Source: a virus (taxonomy: Duplodnaviria > Heunggongvirae > Uroviricota > Caudoviricetes). From it: a DNA stretch of 64,000 nucleotides. The stretch is taken from IMG/VR virus record IMGVR_UViG_3300042892_001069. One strand, written 5' to 3'. The notes under the pieces are model-generated. The model made no database searches, was not told where the DNA came from, and was given only the letters and a program-made list of their open reading frames with translations. Shown here one piece after another: positions 39,097-47,623 of this stretch; positions within the stretch are counted from its first letter, which is position 1; each line of letters starts with the position of its first letter. A program made the translations under genes and the position numbers.

Positions 39097-39765
39097 TTAC
39101 ACAAATATACAGTCAGTGTCAACCTTCTGTAAGCGGATATAGATCTTTTTGGCTAGCAATTTTAATATTGGGTGATCTAAAGAATGAAATTGTCCATAAT
39201 ACGCACTTAGACATGGACTAACATATTGATCGTTGAATTTGAGTTTACATAAACTGTTGAACTTAGTCATGTAGCGTATAGCACGGTACTTGCCCAAACT
39301 TCGACACAATTCGATAGCTATGCTTATAGCATACGCATCAACTTCATCTGGATCAGCTAGATAATCTTTAAATGGACTTCTATTATGATTTGAGTAAACT
39401 TTATGTTTACGTTTAACACTTTGTCTTTGATGTTTGTATTCGTGTACAGTAGCATCGAATATTTGTATTAGGAATTCTGTTACTTGCTGTTGATCCCATA
39501 GTAACGATTTATTGAAGTTGTGATGTACTATTACTTCAATTGGTATTTCATTATTATGATCGTCTTCGGCATCGTAGTACGCATTAACGTAAAATTCTTC
39601 TGAGTTGAGTTTTTTATCTCTATCAGATTTTATCTTAAGATTAAAATTGTACTCGCGAAACTCGCGACGTAACAATGTCAGTAACTGCTGGAAACTTATG
39701 CCTAACTTACTTTTGGCTTTAACTCGATTACAAACTAAGCAAACGGTTTCCATAATACTGTTCAT
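39097..39765 (-). CDS. HExxH protein, paralog of 30048-30776 (222 aa)
   Basis: VHEYKHQRQ (HExxHxRQ) and LADPDEVDAYAISIA motif shared with paralog. Confidence 0.45.
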   Translation of the reverse strand: MNSIMETVCLVCNRVKAKSKLGISFQQLLTLLRREFREYNFNLKIKSDRDKKLNSEEFYVNAYYDAEDDHNNEIPIEVIVHHNFNKSLLWDQQQVTEFLIQIFDATVHEYKHQRQSVKRKHKVYSNHNRSPFKDYLADPDEVDAYAISIAIELCRSLGKYRAIRYMTKFNSLCKLKFNDQYVSPCLSAYYGQFHSLDHPILKLLAKKIYIRLQKVDTDCIFV

Positions 39766-39767
39766 AG

Positions 39768-39986
39768 TTACAACCTATAAGTTACTCTACCCTTAGTCAA
39801 ATCGTATGGACTGACTTCTACTCGCACATTATCTCCTAAGATAATTCGAATTTTGTGTTGTTTTAATTTTCCACCCATGTAACACAATAAAGGTTTAGGC
39901 ATATTTTCTACTTTAACCCTAAACATGTTACCTGGTAGTACTTCCTCTACTTCACCAACTAATTCAATAATGTCGTCTTTGGCCAT
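39768..39986 (-). CDS. infA: Translation initiation factor IF-1 (S1/OB fold)
   Basis: 72 aa colinear with bacterial IF-1: ...GEVEEVLPGNMFRVKVENM...KLKQHKIRIILGDNVRVEVSPYDLTKGRVTYRL. Confidence 0.85.
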   Translation of the reverse strand: MAKDDIIELVGEVEEVLPGNMFRVKVENMPKPLLCYMGGKLKQHKIRIILGDNVRVEVSPYDLTKGRVTYRL

Positions 39987-40186
39987 TACGGTTTGCTGAT
40001 GACAATTGCGCCATCTTCAATTTGAATGTTTAACGTATCACCATTCTTCCACCCATTGCGTTCTAATAGTTCCGGAGGAAGCTTCATTATAACATTATCC
40101 GGATCACCGGGGATGTCTTCAAAAATGTCTTCTACGTTATATATATGTTTTTCCATGCTGTTATTTACCACGTTATTTGTCATCAC
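39986..40186 (-). CDS. AbrB/MazE/SpoVT-fold small protein (66 aa)
   Basis: C-terminal IMKLPPELLERNGWKNGDTLNIQIEDGAIVISKP matches swapped-hairpin consensus. Confidence 0.45.
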   Translation of the reverse strand: MMTNNVVNNSMEKHIYNVEDIFEDIPGDPDNVIMKLPPELLERNGWKNGDTLNIQIEDGAIVISKP

Positions 40187-40751
40187 TATATGGAACTGGT
40201 CTCCAACCTAACCGATTAAGATCTAACTCAATTTCTTCAGTGACTTGACCTTCGGGTACGTAATCACGGCCGGCAGGGTCCGCAGTAGGTTCATAATGAT
40301 CTAAACCAAAACCAGCTTCTTTATTACCAATACCGCTACAGTACCAATCAATGTAGTCGCCCTTTTCTTGCATATCGGCAATTATACCACCAGCATGTCT
40401 CCAACTGCATGACCAAGTTTCGCCCTTCATCTCTTGCCAAAACTCTCTGCTTTGCCAATCCATGTTACACATTGCGGCATACAAATTTTGCGCATAGTTG
40501 TCAGACTCTTTAACCTTATCACATAGTTCTTTACTACTACGGAGGTCGTACTCCATGTTGTTCTTTTGCCAAGCGGGATCGTGAATCTTGTTAGCTTCAT
40601 CAATCTTGATCTGATCCCACATGTCAATGTATGCTTGGTTAGGCTCTTCACCCTTTTCTTCTGCCCGCTTGATTGCGCCTTCTTTTTGAAAAGTATTTCG
40701 CTCAGGACTTGATGCTACTTTTTTCATTAATGGAAACTGCCTTGGAAACAA
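40173..40751 (-). CDS. Hypothetical Trp-rich protein (192 aa)
   Basis: ORF track. Confidence 0.4.
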   Translation of the reverse strand: MFPRQFPLMKKVASSPERNTFQKEGAIKRAEEKGEEPNQAYIDMWDQIKIDEANKIHDPAWQKNNMEYDLRSSKELCDKVKESDNYAQNLYAAMCNMDWQSREFWQEMKGETWSCSWRHAGGIIADMQEKGDYIDWYCSGIGNKEAGFGLDHYEPTADPAGRDYVPEGQVTEEIELDLNRLGWRPVPYSDDK

Positions 40752-41047
40752 TGTCGGACTTCGTGACCTACATCGTGAAGGGTAGGAGTGTTACTAGTAA
40801 TAATAGTACAGACATTGCCTTCCCAAAAAGAGCAAGCATATACAGTATAACCAAACCCACCTAACTTACGTTTTTTACTTTCAACTTCACAGGTAGCTTG
40901 TACGTTGGACACCCGCAACCAAGTGATAGTTGATTTTTCTATATTAAGAGTACGGGCATTAAATGGTTTTTCGGGATTAGCCCAATCTGGCTTTGCCATG
41001 GCTGATAAACTTACTACTGCTAAAAGTATTGCTAGTGCCTTTTTCAT
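40727..41047 (-). CDS. Secreted small protein with signal peptide (106 aa)
   Basis: MKKALAILLAVVSLSAMAKPDW; RBS agagg. Confidence 0.5.
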   Translation of the reverse strand: MKKALAILLAVVSLSAMAKPDWANPEKPFNARTLNIEKSTITWLRVSNVQATCEVESKKRKLGGFGYTVYACSFWEGNVCTIITSNTPTLHDVGHEVRHCFQGSFH

Positions 41048-41071
41048 ATAAACCTCTGTGTGTAGTTAAAA

Positions 41072-41182
41072 TGGTGTAGACGGTAGGATTCGAACCTACA
41101 AAGTCGCCCTAAGGGCTAGACCCTATCCCTCCGTTCGCCGAAGCTACTAGGAGGAGGTATACCAAGTTCCACTCACGTCCAC
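41072..41182 (-). ncRNA. 111-nt tRNA-like structured RNA (non-canonical interior); possibly a T4 species-1/2-like stable RNA, Y-RNA-like, or divergent tRNA
   Basis: Canonical T-arm GTAGG-TTCGAAT-CCTAC; 3' acceptor strand CGTCTAC + A + encoded CCA; 5' GTGGACG pairs 7/7 with one G-U; interior (76 nt) has CUUCGG tetraloop hairpin and CCUCC/GGAGG helix; no cloverleaf. Confidence 0.5.
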
Positions 41183-41188
41183 ATAATA

Positions 41189-41217
41189 ATTATATAGTCG
41201 TTTCTACCAAATGTCAA
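41189..41217 (-). promoter_or_regulatory. Consensus sigma70 promoter TTGACA-17-TATAAT with predicted TSS at 41182 (first G of the tRNA-like RNA)
   Basis: Minus-strand read TTGACAtttggtagaaacgactaTATAATtattatG. Confidence 0.55.
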
Positions 41218-41256
41218 CCATCTTTGAAATAAATATTCAAAATAAAGTGAGCCAAA

Positions 41257-42111
41257 ATGAAAATTGAATACCCGTACAACGATTGGACACCAGTAGTTTT
41301 TGGTGATGTTAGGACCTTTACCGATGCTGACATACAACAGTTAGGGGTTGCTCTAGCTGAAGAAATTATGGTCTTATTCAGAGGCCAAACCTTAACTCCC
41401 CAAGAAGAAGTTGATTTTGGTGCTCGATTTGGCACCTTAGAAGACAAATCGATTGTTAATGCTAAAAACAAACGAGCAATTAATATTGACGGTATGGGCG
41501 GGCTAATTAGTCGGGTAACTGGCAAATTGAATGAAGACGGAATGCCGGGAATACACGGCGGTGTATCTGCGTTAGATTGGCACTGTAATAGAGCTTGGGA
41601 TAAGAACAGAGATCCTGTTGTGTATTTGTACAGCGTCGAAGGTAGCGCAGGAAGTAAGACCAGCTGGGGGAATTATGTAAAAGCATATAACGAATTACCT
41701 CAGGAGTGGAAAGATCGACTTGCCAATCTTAAAGTTAAGACTGCCCAAACATACAGTAAGTATTCTGAGATGGGGAAATATTTTGGAGTTCCAGATCAAC
41801 CAAGTAATTGGTCAGTTAATATTATTACAAAAAATCCTGCGGGGAAAACTGTTATATTCTTTCCGTGGAATCAAATGGATGGCATTGCGGATGTATCCCC
41901 TGAAGAAGATAAAGAAATTACCGACTTCTTAATAAATTATCTACTACAAGAAAAATTCACTTACCATCACGATTGGGAAGACGGTGATATCATTATTGCT
42001 GACCAGTGGAGCGGAATGCACAAACGCTGGGAATTTGAAAAGATGGCAGAACGAGTTTTACATAGAATGGCATTCAACTATGATAAAATTCGCCTGCCAA
42101 ATCAAACTTAA
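41257..42111 (+). CDS. TauD/TfdA-family Fe(II)/2-oxoglutarate dioxygenase (284 aa)
   Basis: LDWHCNRAWD (WHxD-type) and C-terminal IIADQWSGMHKRWEF (DNRxxxHxR-type). Confidence 0.6.
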   Translation: MKIEYPYNDWTPVVFGDVRTFTDADIQQLGVALAEEIMVLFRGQTLTPQEEVDFGARFGTLEDKSIVNAKNKRAINIDGMGGLISRVTGKLNEDGMPGIHGGVSALDWHCNRAWDKNRDPVVYLYSVEGSAGSKTSWGNYVKAYNELPQEWKDRLANLKVKTAQTYSKYSEMGKYFGVPDQPSNWSVNIITKNPAGKTVIFFPWNQMDGIADVSPEEDKEITDFLINYLLQEKFTYHHDWEDGDIIIADQWSGMHKRWEFEKMAERVLHRMAFNYDKIRLPNQT

Positions 42112-43466
42112 TCTTTAGAAAACTTCCTTGACAACAGGTATCCAATTAAAGGAATACCTAGTCCACACAGCATAGCATATAAATCAAACTCGGGAGTTTT
42201 AGTCATCTTTGATTGTATTGAAAAATACAAGGCCGATGCTATTCCTAAAATTGACGAGTAGAAAATCCAGTTTTCACTTAACTTTCTATCTAGTGCGTGT
42301 AATACTAGCGGCACAAACATAGTGGCTCTAACAGCAGACATTAATACAAATAGCGTCCAGATATCAATCTTAAGCCACGACACTAACCAGACCGCAATTA
42401 AAAATCCAAACATGAACAGTCTAGATACTCCAACGCTTTCTTTGTGGGTCCAGTCAATTGACCCTAGACTTGCGATATAGTTTAACGCTGAATCAATAAC
42501 AGTAGATGCTTGTCCAATTAGTAAAATACCAAATATTAATAATCCACCTACACCTACATAGGTTCCGATGCTAGTTAACGTAGCAAAGTCTGGAGAAGTT
42601 ATAGCAATACCGTTACTAAATGCTAGTAAACTTAGTGATCCAAGAAAAAACACAATTACAGCAAACACCGCAGATGCTGTCAAGTAACTGGGTATAATAT
42701 TTTCTCGGGGCATACTAAATGCCTTTTGCCACATCATACCGTGACTAGTTGCTCCTACAATCATTGTAATAACGTAGGTAATACCAAACGTGGTTAAGAA
42801 TTTCCAATCTAGTACAGATTCAAGATTGTTCTGCCCTAGTGTAAAAATTCCATTGTCAGTAGCATTCATACCGATGATAGCACATGTTACAAAGAATATT
42901 ACCCACGCAGCCGATTGAAATGCTCCGGAGAACACACTGGTCCTAATACCGCCACGCATAGTGAATACCAATGTAATAACACCCACAGCTAGCGTAGCGT
43001 AGTAAGGGGCAATAGAATTGATTCCAGCAAATGCCCAAAACTTTTCAATCGCAATAAACGCTAACAAGATTGCGTAAAATGATACTAAGATAAAGTCTAA
43101 TTGATACAAGCCGCTAAGACGTTTGCTAAAATTATCTTGAATGTATTTTGTTAACGAATACCCGTCTGGATACTTGTTCCTGATCTTGTATGATATTAAT
43201 CCAACAACCGCAATGCTTAGGGCGTTAGGAATTACAAACCAAATTAGTCCATATAATCCCCATTTGTAAGCAACCGCTGGTCCAACAAACATTGCAATGG
43301 CAAAGAACCAGTGGCTACAAATAGCCAAACTTGATTCGGCAATTCGTAGTGATCGATTAGCAAATAAAAAATTGGTAAACGTAGAGCTCCATTGTTTACC
43401 TAATATAAATGTAGTCCCTAAAATACCCAATAAAAATATTAATGAGTAGGTAGTTAAGTGTTCCAT
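42108..43466 (-). CDS. Multi-pass membrane transporter, sodium:solute-symporter-like (452 aa)
   Basis: ~12 hydrophobic helices; late promoter TATAAATA upstream. Confidence 0.5.
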   Translation of the reverse strand: MEHLTTYSLIFLLGILGTTFILGKQWSSTFTNFLFANRSLRIAESSLAICSHWFFAIAMFVGPAVAYKWGLYGLIWFVIPNALSIAVVGLISYKIRNKYPDGYSLTKYIQDNFSKRLSGLYQLDFILVSFYAILLAFIAIEKFWAFAGINSIAPYYATLAVGVITLVFTMRGGIRTSVFSGAFQSAAWVIFFVTCAIIGMNATDNGIFTLGQNNLESVLDWKFLTTFGITYVITMIVGATSHGMMWQKAFSMPRENIIPSYLTASAVFAVIVFFLGSLSLLAFSNGIAITSPDFATLTSIGTYVGVGGLLIFGILLIGQASTVIDSALNYIASLGSIDWTHKESVGVSRLFMFGFLIAVWLVSWLKIDIWTLFVLMSAVRATMFVPLVLHALDRKLSENWIFYSSILGIASALYFSIQSKMTKTPEFDLYAMLCGLGIPLIGYLLSRKFSKD

Positions 43467-43487
43467 GTCAAATCCTTTTAAGTGGAA

Positions 43488-43495
43488 TATTTATA
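43488..43495 (-). promoter_or_regulatory. T4-type late promoter TATAAATA (minus), 21 nt upstream of transporter ATG (43466)
   Basis: Plus strand tatttata; RBS aaaagga. Confidence 0.4.
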
Positions 43496-43506
43496 GCGAT
43501 AAGTAG

Positions 43507-44439
43507 TTGATGTACGCACATTATGGAATCAACTACGATCCGACCAACTTTAAAATCTGGTATTCTCATTGCCAACGTCCGTCAGCTACGTGGACAGAGG
43601 AGATTAAAAAATCTGCTCAAATGTTAGCAGACTCAACTGATCGAGATATATGGATATGTATGAGTGGCGGAATTGATAGCGAAGTTGTTGCTAAAACATT
43701 TAAAGATTTGGGAATACCATTTCGTGCGTTAATAGCTCAGTTTCCAGACAAGTTAAACGAGCATGACATTGTGTATGCTCGTCGATGGTGCGAGTATCAC
43801 AATGTTGAATATAAATTGTTTGACTTTGACATGCTGAACTTTATAAAACAAGGCCACACTAAGTATCTTAAAGATGGACTAGTATCCAATAATATCTTTA
43901 GGTATTTTTGTATAGAGATGTTACAATGTATTGAAGACATGAACGGTTTTGGAATACTAGGTGGAAAGAGTGTTGGACTTGGGCTATTACAAAAAGATAA
44001 AGATATTGTAGATCCCAACAATGATCCAATTTACGACAGTTATGATATTGGATCATTAGCACCAATAGAATGGTGCCGTAGAAACAATCTTAATCATTGT
44101 GTTTTCTTTTATCAAACAAGTTCAGAAATACACAAGGCTTACTTAAATGATCCTATCAATCAAATGTTAATCAATAATCCCTATATGTTGCGAGCTTCAT
44201 CAGCTAACGAAGCCGCCAAGACATTAATGATGAGATCACATTTTCCGTTTACTGTGCCAAGAACAAAGCATCATGGCTTTGAAAAAATTATGGGTATTAG
44301 GGAAGAAGCACAGAAAAATATGGCTAGGTACTTTGGTCTTGATCCAGAGACTGATAACAAACGTTTTAAGTTTGTATTTTACAATGACCATATATCTATT
44401 CCCATAGGACACGTATTGGACCAATTACATTATGAATAA
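43507..44439 (+). CDS. PP-loop (SGGxDS) ATP-pyrophosphatase-family enzyme, paralog 1 (310 aa)
   Basis: WICMSGGIDSEVV P-loop; asparagine-synthetase/QueC/amidotransferase-like superfamily. Confidence 0.65.
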   Translation: MMYAHYGINYDPTNFKIWYSHCQRPSATWTEEIKKSAQMLADSTDRDIWICMSGGIDSEVVAKTFKDLGIPFRALIAQFPDKLNEHDIVYARRWCEYHNVEYKLFDFDMLNFIKQGHTKYLKDGLVSNNIFRYFCIEMLQCIEDMNGFGILGGKSVGLGLLQKDKDIVDPNNDPIYDSYDIGSLAPIEWCRRNNLNHCVFFYQTSSEIHKAYLNDPINQMLINNPYMLRASSANEAAKTLMMRSHFPFTVPRTKHHGFEKIMGIREEAQKNMARYFGLDPETDNKRFKFVFYNDHISIPIGHVLDQLHYE

Positions 44440-45079
44440 CCCTCAGATATTATTTGCGCTCAGTAGTTTCCATAGTTTTGATTCACGGCTATTGGTAATA
44501 TCTGATCGTGTATCAATATTAGAATGGCTTCGAGAAACTATTCCAACATATGAGTTTAGAGTTACTACAAACTTGTTGCCAATGAATGGTTACACTAAAG
44601 AACTTACATATACTAATAGTCACCTTTATAAGACTATAGATCAGAATGTAATGTTACAGAGTAATGCTAACAGCGAGATTGTAGAAATGAGCAACTTATG
44701 CAGATCGTGGTACGAAGGTTATATTAAAATTAATAACACAATTAGTCATCAGCGCAAACATTTGGGCGCCATGTGGATGTTTTCCTTACAAGATGTAGTG
44801 TACCAAGAAAAAGTTAAAGAAGCAGAAAAAGTATTAAACAACCAAACGGAAGATTTGAAATTCCTTCCATCAGAAGCAGGTTATAAAAAGATGTCTCTTC
44901 GAGAGCTAGCCGACCGAGTATTAGTAGAACACGAAATTGCGATGGGCTTCCTAGCAAGAACTGAACACTTGCGAGTCAAGTGGCTTGACACTTTGAAAGC
45001 ATCAACTAGCATTGCTAAACACAAAGAGATCCTAGTAGGGTTTAATAGAGAATTATATGAATACCATCTCATGTCCTAA
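44432..45079 (+). CDS. Hypothetical protein (215 aa)
   Basis: ORF track. Confidence 0.4.
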   Translation: MNNPQILFALSSFHSFDSRLLVISDRVSILEWLRETIPTYEFRVTTNLLPMNGYTKELTYTNSHLYKTIDQNVMLQSNANSEIVEMSNLCRSWYEGYIKINNTISHQRKHLGAMWMFSLQDVVYQEKVKEAEKVLNNQTEDLKFLPSEAGYKKMSLRELADRVLVEHEIAMGFLARTEHLRVKWLDTLKASTSIAKHKEILVGFNRELYEYHLMS

Positions 45080-46181
45080 TATTTTATTGTTTAACAGTAT
45101 TGTAGCCGAGGAACAGTTTAGAGGGTTGCCCGGGGTACATCAGTGGTCTAAGACTAGAAAAATTTGGGGGCATAACGGCTCTATGATTGATCGCACTGGT
45201 GTAGTACAGTTGCCGTTTAAAACAGAATTTTTAGATTCTATGCGGATTCCAGACATCCCTCAGAATTTTTCAAAAACATTAGAACAATGTTGTGTTGAAC
45301 ACGCACGGACAATAGTCGACCAAGCAGTGGGTACAGATCAAACAATTTCTATACTATGGTCCGGCGGCATTGATTCTACATGTGCGGTGTCTAGTTTCTT
45401 AATGTGTACTACTGCCCAAGAACGCACCCGTATCACAATCTTACTTAACAGAGAAAGCATTCTTGAAAATACTAAGTTTTATCAAACACACTTGGTAGGG
45501 AAATTAAATTGTAAAAGTAGCAACACTTGGGAATCATATATACGTCCAAATAACATATTTGTCACAGGTGAAGGTGGCGACCAGGTCTGCTGGAACGGGT
45601 TTACTAGAGCATCGGATACTATATTCAATGTACTAGGATGGGATACGCTTAAACAGTTTGCCAGTGCCGACTTAATGATCAAGGTACTTGAAATGGTAAG
45701 CCTTGATAAAGAGTCGGCAACTATAGGGTATGAGCGTGTGCTTGAACCCCTAAGGCAAAACTCAGTTGTTCCTGTAAATACAGTCGGCCAGCTATTATGG
45801 TATTTTAACTTTGCCGCTAAATGGCAAAACGTGTATCTTAGAACACTGCTAAACTTAGTAGACAACTCTGTCATAACTGATAACTATATAGCAACGAATT
45901 TTAAAATGTTTTTCCAAAGCAGTGATATACAAATTTGGACTATGTTAAACAATGAAAGCACAGTGTTAGTTAACAAGTTTACAGACATCAAGATGCCGTT
46001 AAAGCAAGTAACATATCAGTATGATAAAGATGAATACTACAGAGAGCATAAAGTAAAAATTGGAAGTCTAGGACGATTATCACGTATGCGTCCTAATATA
46101 GGGTATTTAAAATCTAACTGGGAGTTTTCTCCAACAGTTGATATTGACCAGTATTACAATAACCAGAATAGTTTTATTTGA
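45057..46181 (+). CDS. PP-loop ATP-pyrophosphatase-family enzyme, paralog 2 (374 aa)
   Basis: ILWSGGIDSTCAV. Confidence 0.65.
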   Translation: MNTISCPNILLFNSIVAEEQFRGLPGVHQWSKTRKIWGHNGSMIDRTGVVQLPFKTEFLDSMRIPDIPQNFSKTLEQCCVEHARTIVDQAVGTDQTISILWSGGIDSTCAVSSFLMCTTAQERTRITILLNRESILENTKFYQTHLVGKLNCKSSNTWESYIRPNNIFVTGEGGDQVCWNGFTRASDTIFNVLGWDTLKQFASADLMIKVLEMVSLDKESATIGYERVLEPLRQNSVVPVNTVGQLLWYFNFAAKWQNVYLRTLLNLVDNSVITDNYIATNFKMFFQSSDIQIWTMLNNESTVLVNKFTDIKMPLKQVTYQYDKDEYYREHKVKIGSLGRLSRMRPNIGYLKSNWEFSPTVDIDQYYNNQNSFI

Positions 46182-47623
46182 TGAATAAAAAAGGTAAAGA
46201 CATAATCATATGGACCGGCATTCCTAAAAGGTTGCCACAAAAGGTCATCGGGGCTTACCAAGTAGCACATTGGGTACGCCAGCACGGTTATACCGCACAA
46301 GTGATTGATCATATTCACAGATGGGACACTGAAACTATTGTGTCTATGACTGAGCACTTTATTGGTACTGAAACTGTAGCAGTTGGGCTTAGTGCTACAT
46401 TTATGTTCACGGTAGGTGAAACTGTATCATACAAAGATTCAGATATTCCAGAAGCTGCCTTTCCTCGAGCTATCGCAGTTCTAAAAGCCAAATATCCAAA
46501 GATTAAATTTATACTAGGTGGCGCAAGTGTACGACTAGACTTGTACGAACATAGTGATTTGTTTGATATTAAGTTAGGTGGGTTTGGTGAAGAGACTATT
46601 ATAGATACTATGGCTAAATTAAAGACCGGCGGTATACACAAGCGGCCACCGGATATATTTGATATTACTAAGGCATCGCATAGATGGCATAGTGATGACA
46701 TTATCCAGCCAGGTGAGGCACTACCTATTGAGATTGGTCGAGGGTGTATTTTCAAATGTAAATTTTGTCGTTACAGATTAACAGGTAAAGCTAAAGGAAC
46801 ATACTTACGAAGTATGGATTGTATCAAAGAAGAGATTCTTGATAACTATGAGAAATTTGGAACAACTCGTTACTTTTTATTAGACGATACGTTTAATGAA
46901 GATGTTGATAAAATTACTGCTTGGTATAAGATGTCCCAGTCTTTGCCTTTTAAAATTGAGTCAACTGCCTATACACGGGCTGACCTAGTGTGGTCAACTC
47001 CCGAAACAGCTCACATGCTACAAGAAGGTGGCCTAGTTAGTACGTTCCTTGGGATTGAATCATTCCATCCTAAAGCTAGTATGGCTGTGGGTAAGGGGTG
47101 GATGGGCAAGCACGGTAAAACTTGGTTGCCACATCTTAAGGATGATTTATGGAAAGGCCAAATGTCCATAACTATGGGATTTATTGTAGGACTACCGGGT
47201 GAGCCAGTAGACAGTATGTACGAATCTCAAAAATGGTTAGTTGATAATAAAATTAACAGTTGGAGATTTAGAACTTTACAAATTACCCCTAACGCTCAAG
47301 ATTACGATGACGTTAGCGAATTTGAAAGAGACGTTGCAAAGTACGGTTATTCATTTCCATATGCTGATGATCCAAATAAATGGAAAACTGATATTATGGA
47401 TAAGAATCGTGCTAACGAAATACAAGATGACATGTTAGCTAAATCTCGACCGTACATGCGCCACAGTTCTTGGGATCTGCCTGCTATGTTAAGTTTGGGG
47501 TATACCTGTGAAGATGTTCATATGAAATACTTTAATAATCCAATTTGGCAAACTAAGACTGATAGGATTCGACAGTTCTTAAAAACCTACAAGCAAATGA
47601 TGTTTGCTATCGATGTAGTTTAA
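46178..47623 (+). CDS. B12-binding-type radical SAM enzyme (481 aa)
   Basis: EIGRGCIFKCKFCRY (GCxFxCxFC); N-terminal ~170-aa Rossmann-like region consistent with cobalamin-binding domain. Confidence 0.65.
   Translation: MMNKKGKDIIIWTGIPKRLPQKVIGAYQVAHWVRQHGYTAQVIDHIHRWDTETIVSMTEHFIGTETVAVGLSATFMFTVGETVSYKDSDIPEAAFPRAIAVLKAKYPKIKFILGGASVRLDLYEHSDLFDIKLGGFGEETIIDTMAKLKTGGIHKRPPDIFDITKASHRWHSDDIIQPGEALPIEIGRGCIFKCKFCRYRLTGKAKGTYLRSMDCIKEEILDNYEKFGTTRYFLLDDTFNEDVDKITAWYKMSQSLPFKIESTAYTRADLVWSTPETAHMLQEGGLVSTFLGIESFHPKASMAVGKGWMGKHGKTWLPHLKDDLWKGQMSITMGFIVGLPGEPVDSMYESQKWLVDNKINSWRFRTLQITPNAQDYDDVSEFERDVAKYGYSFPYADDPNKWKTDIMDKNRANEIQDDMLAKSRPYMRHSSWDLPAMLSLGYTCEDVHMKYFNNPIWQTKTDRIRQFLKTYKQMMFAIDVV

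Noticed and set aside
41072-41147. Canonical 76-nt tRNA using 5' strand GTAGCTT
   Set aside because: Only 5/7 acceptor pairs; no D-stem or anticodon stem can be drawn. The 111-nt version with perfect acceptor and promoter-defined 5' end is favoured, as a tRNA-like ncRNA, not a standard tRNA
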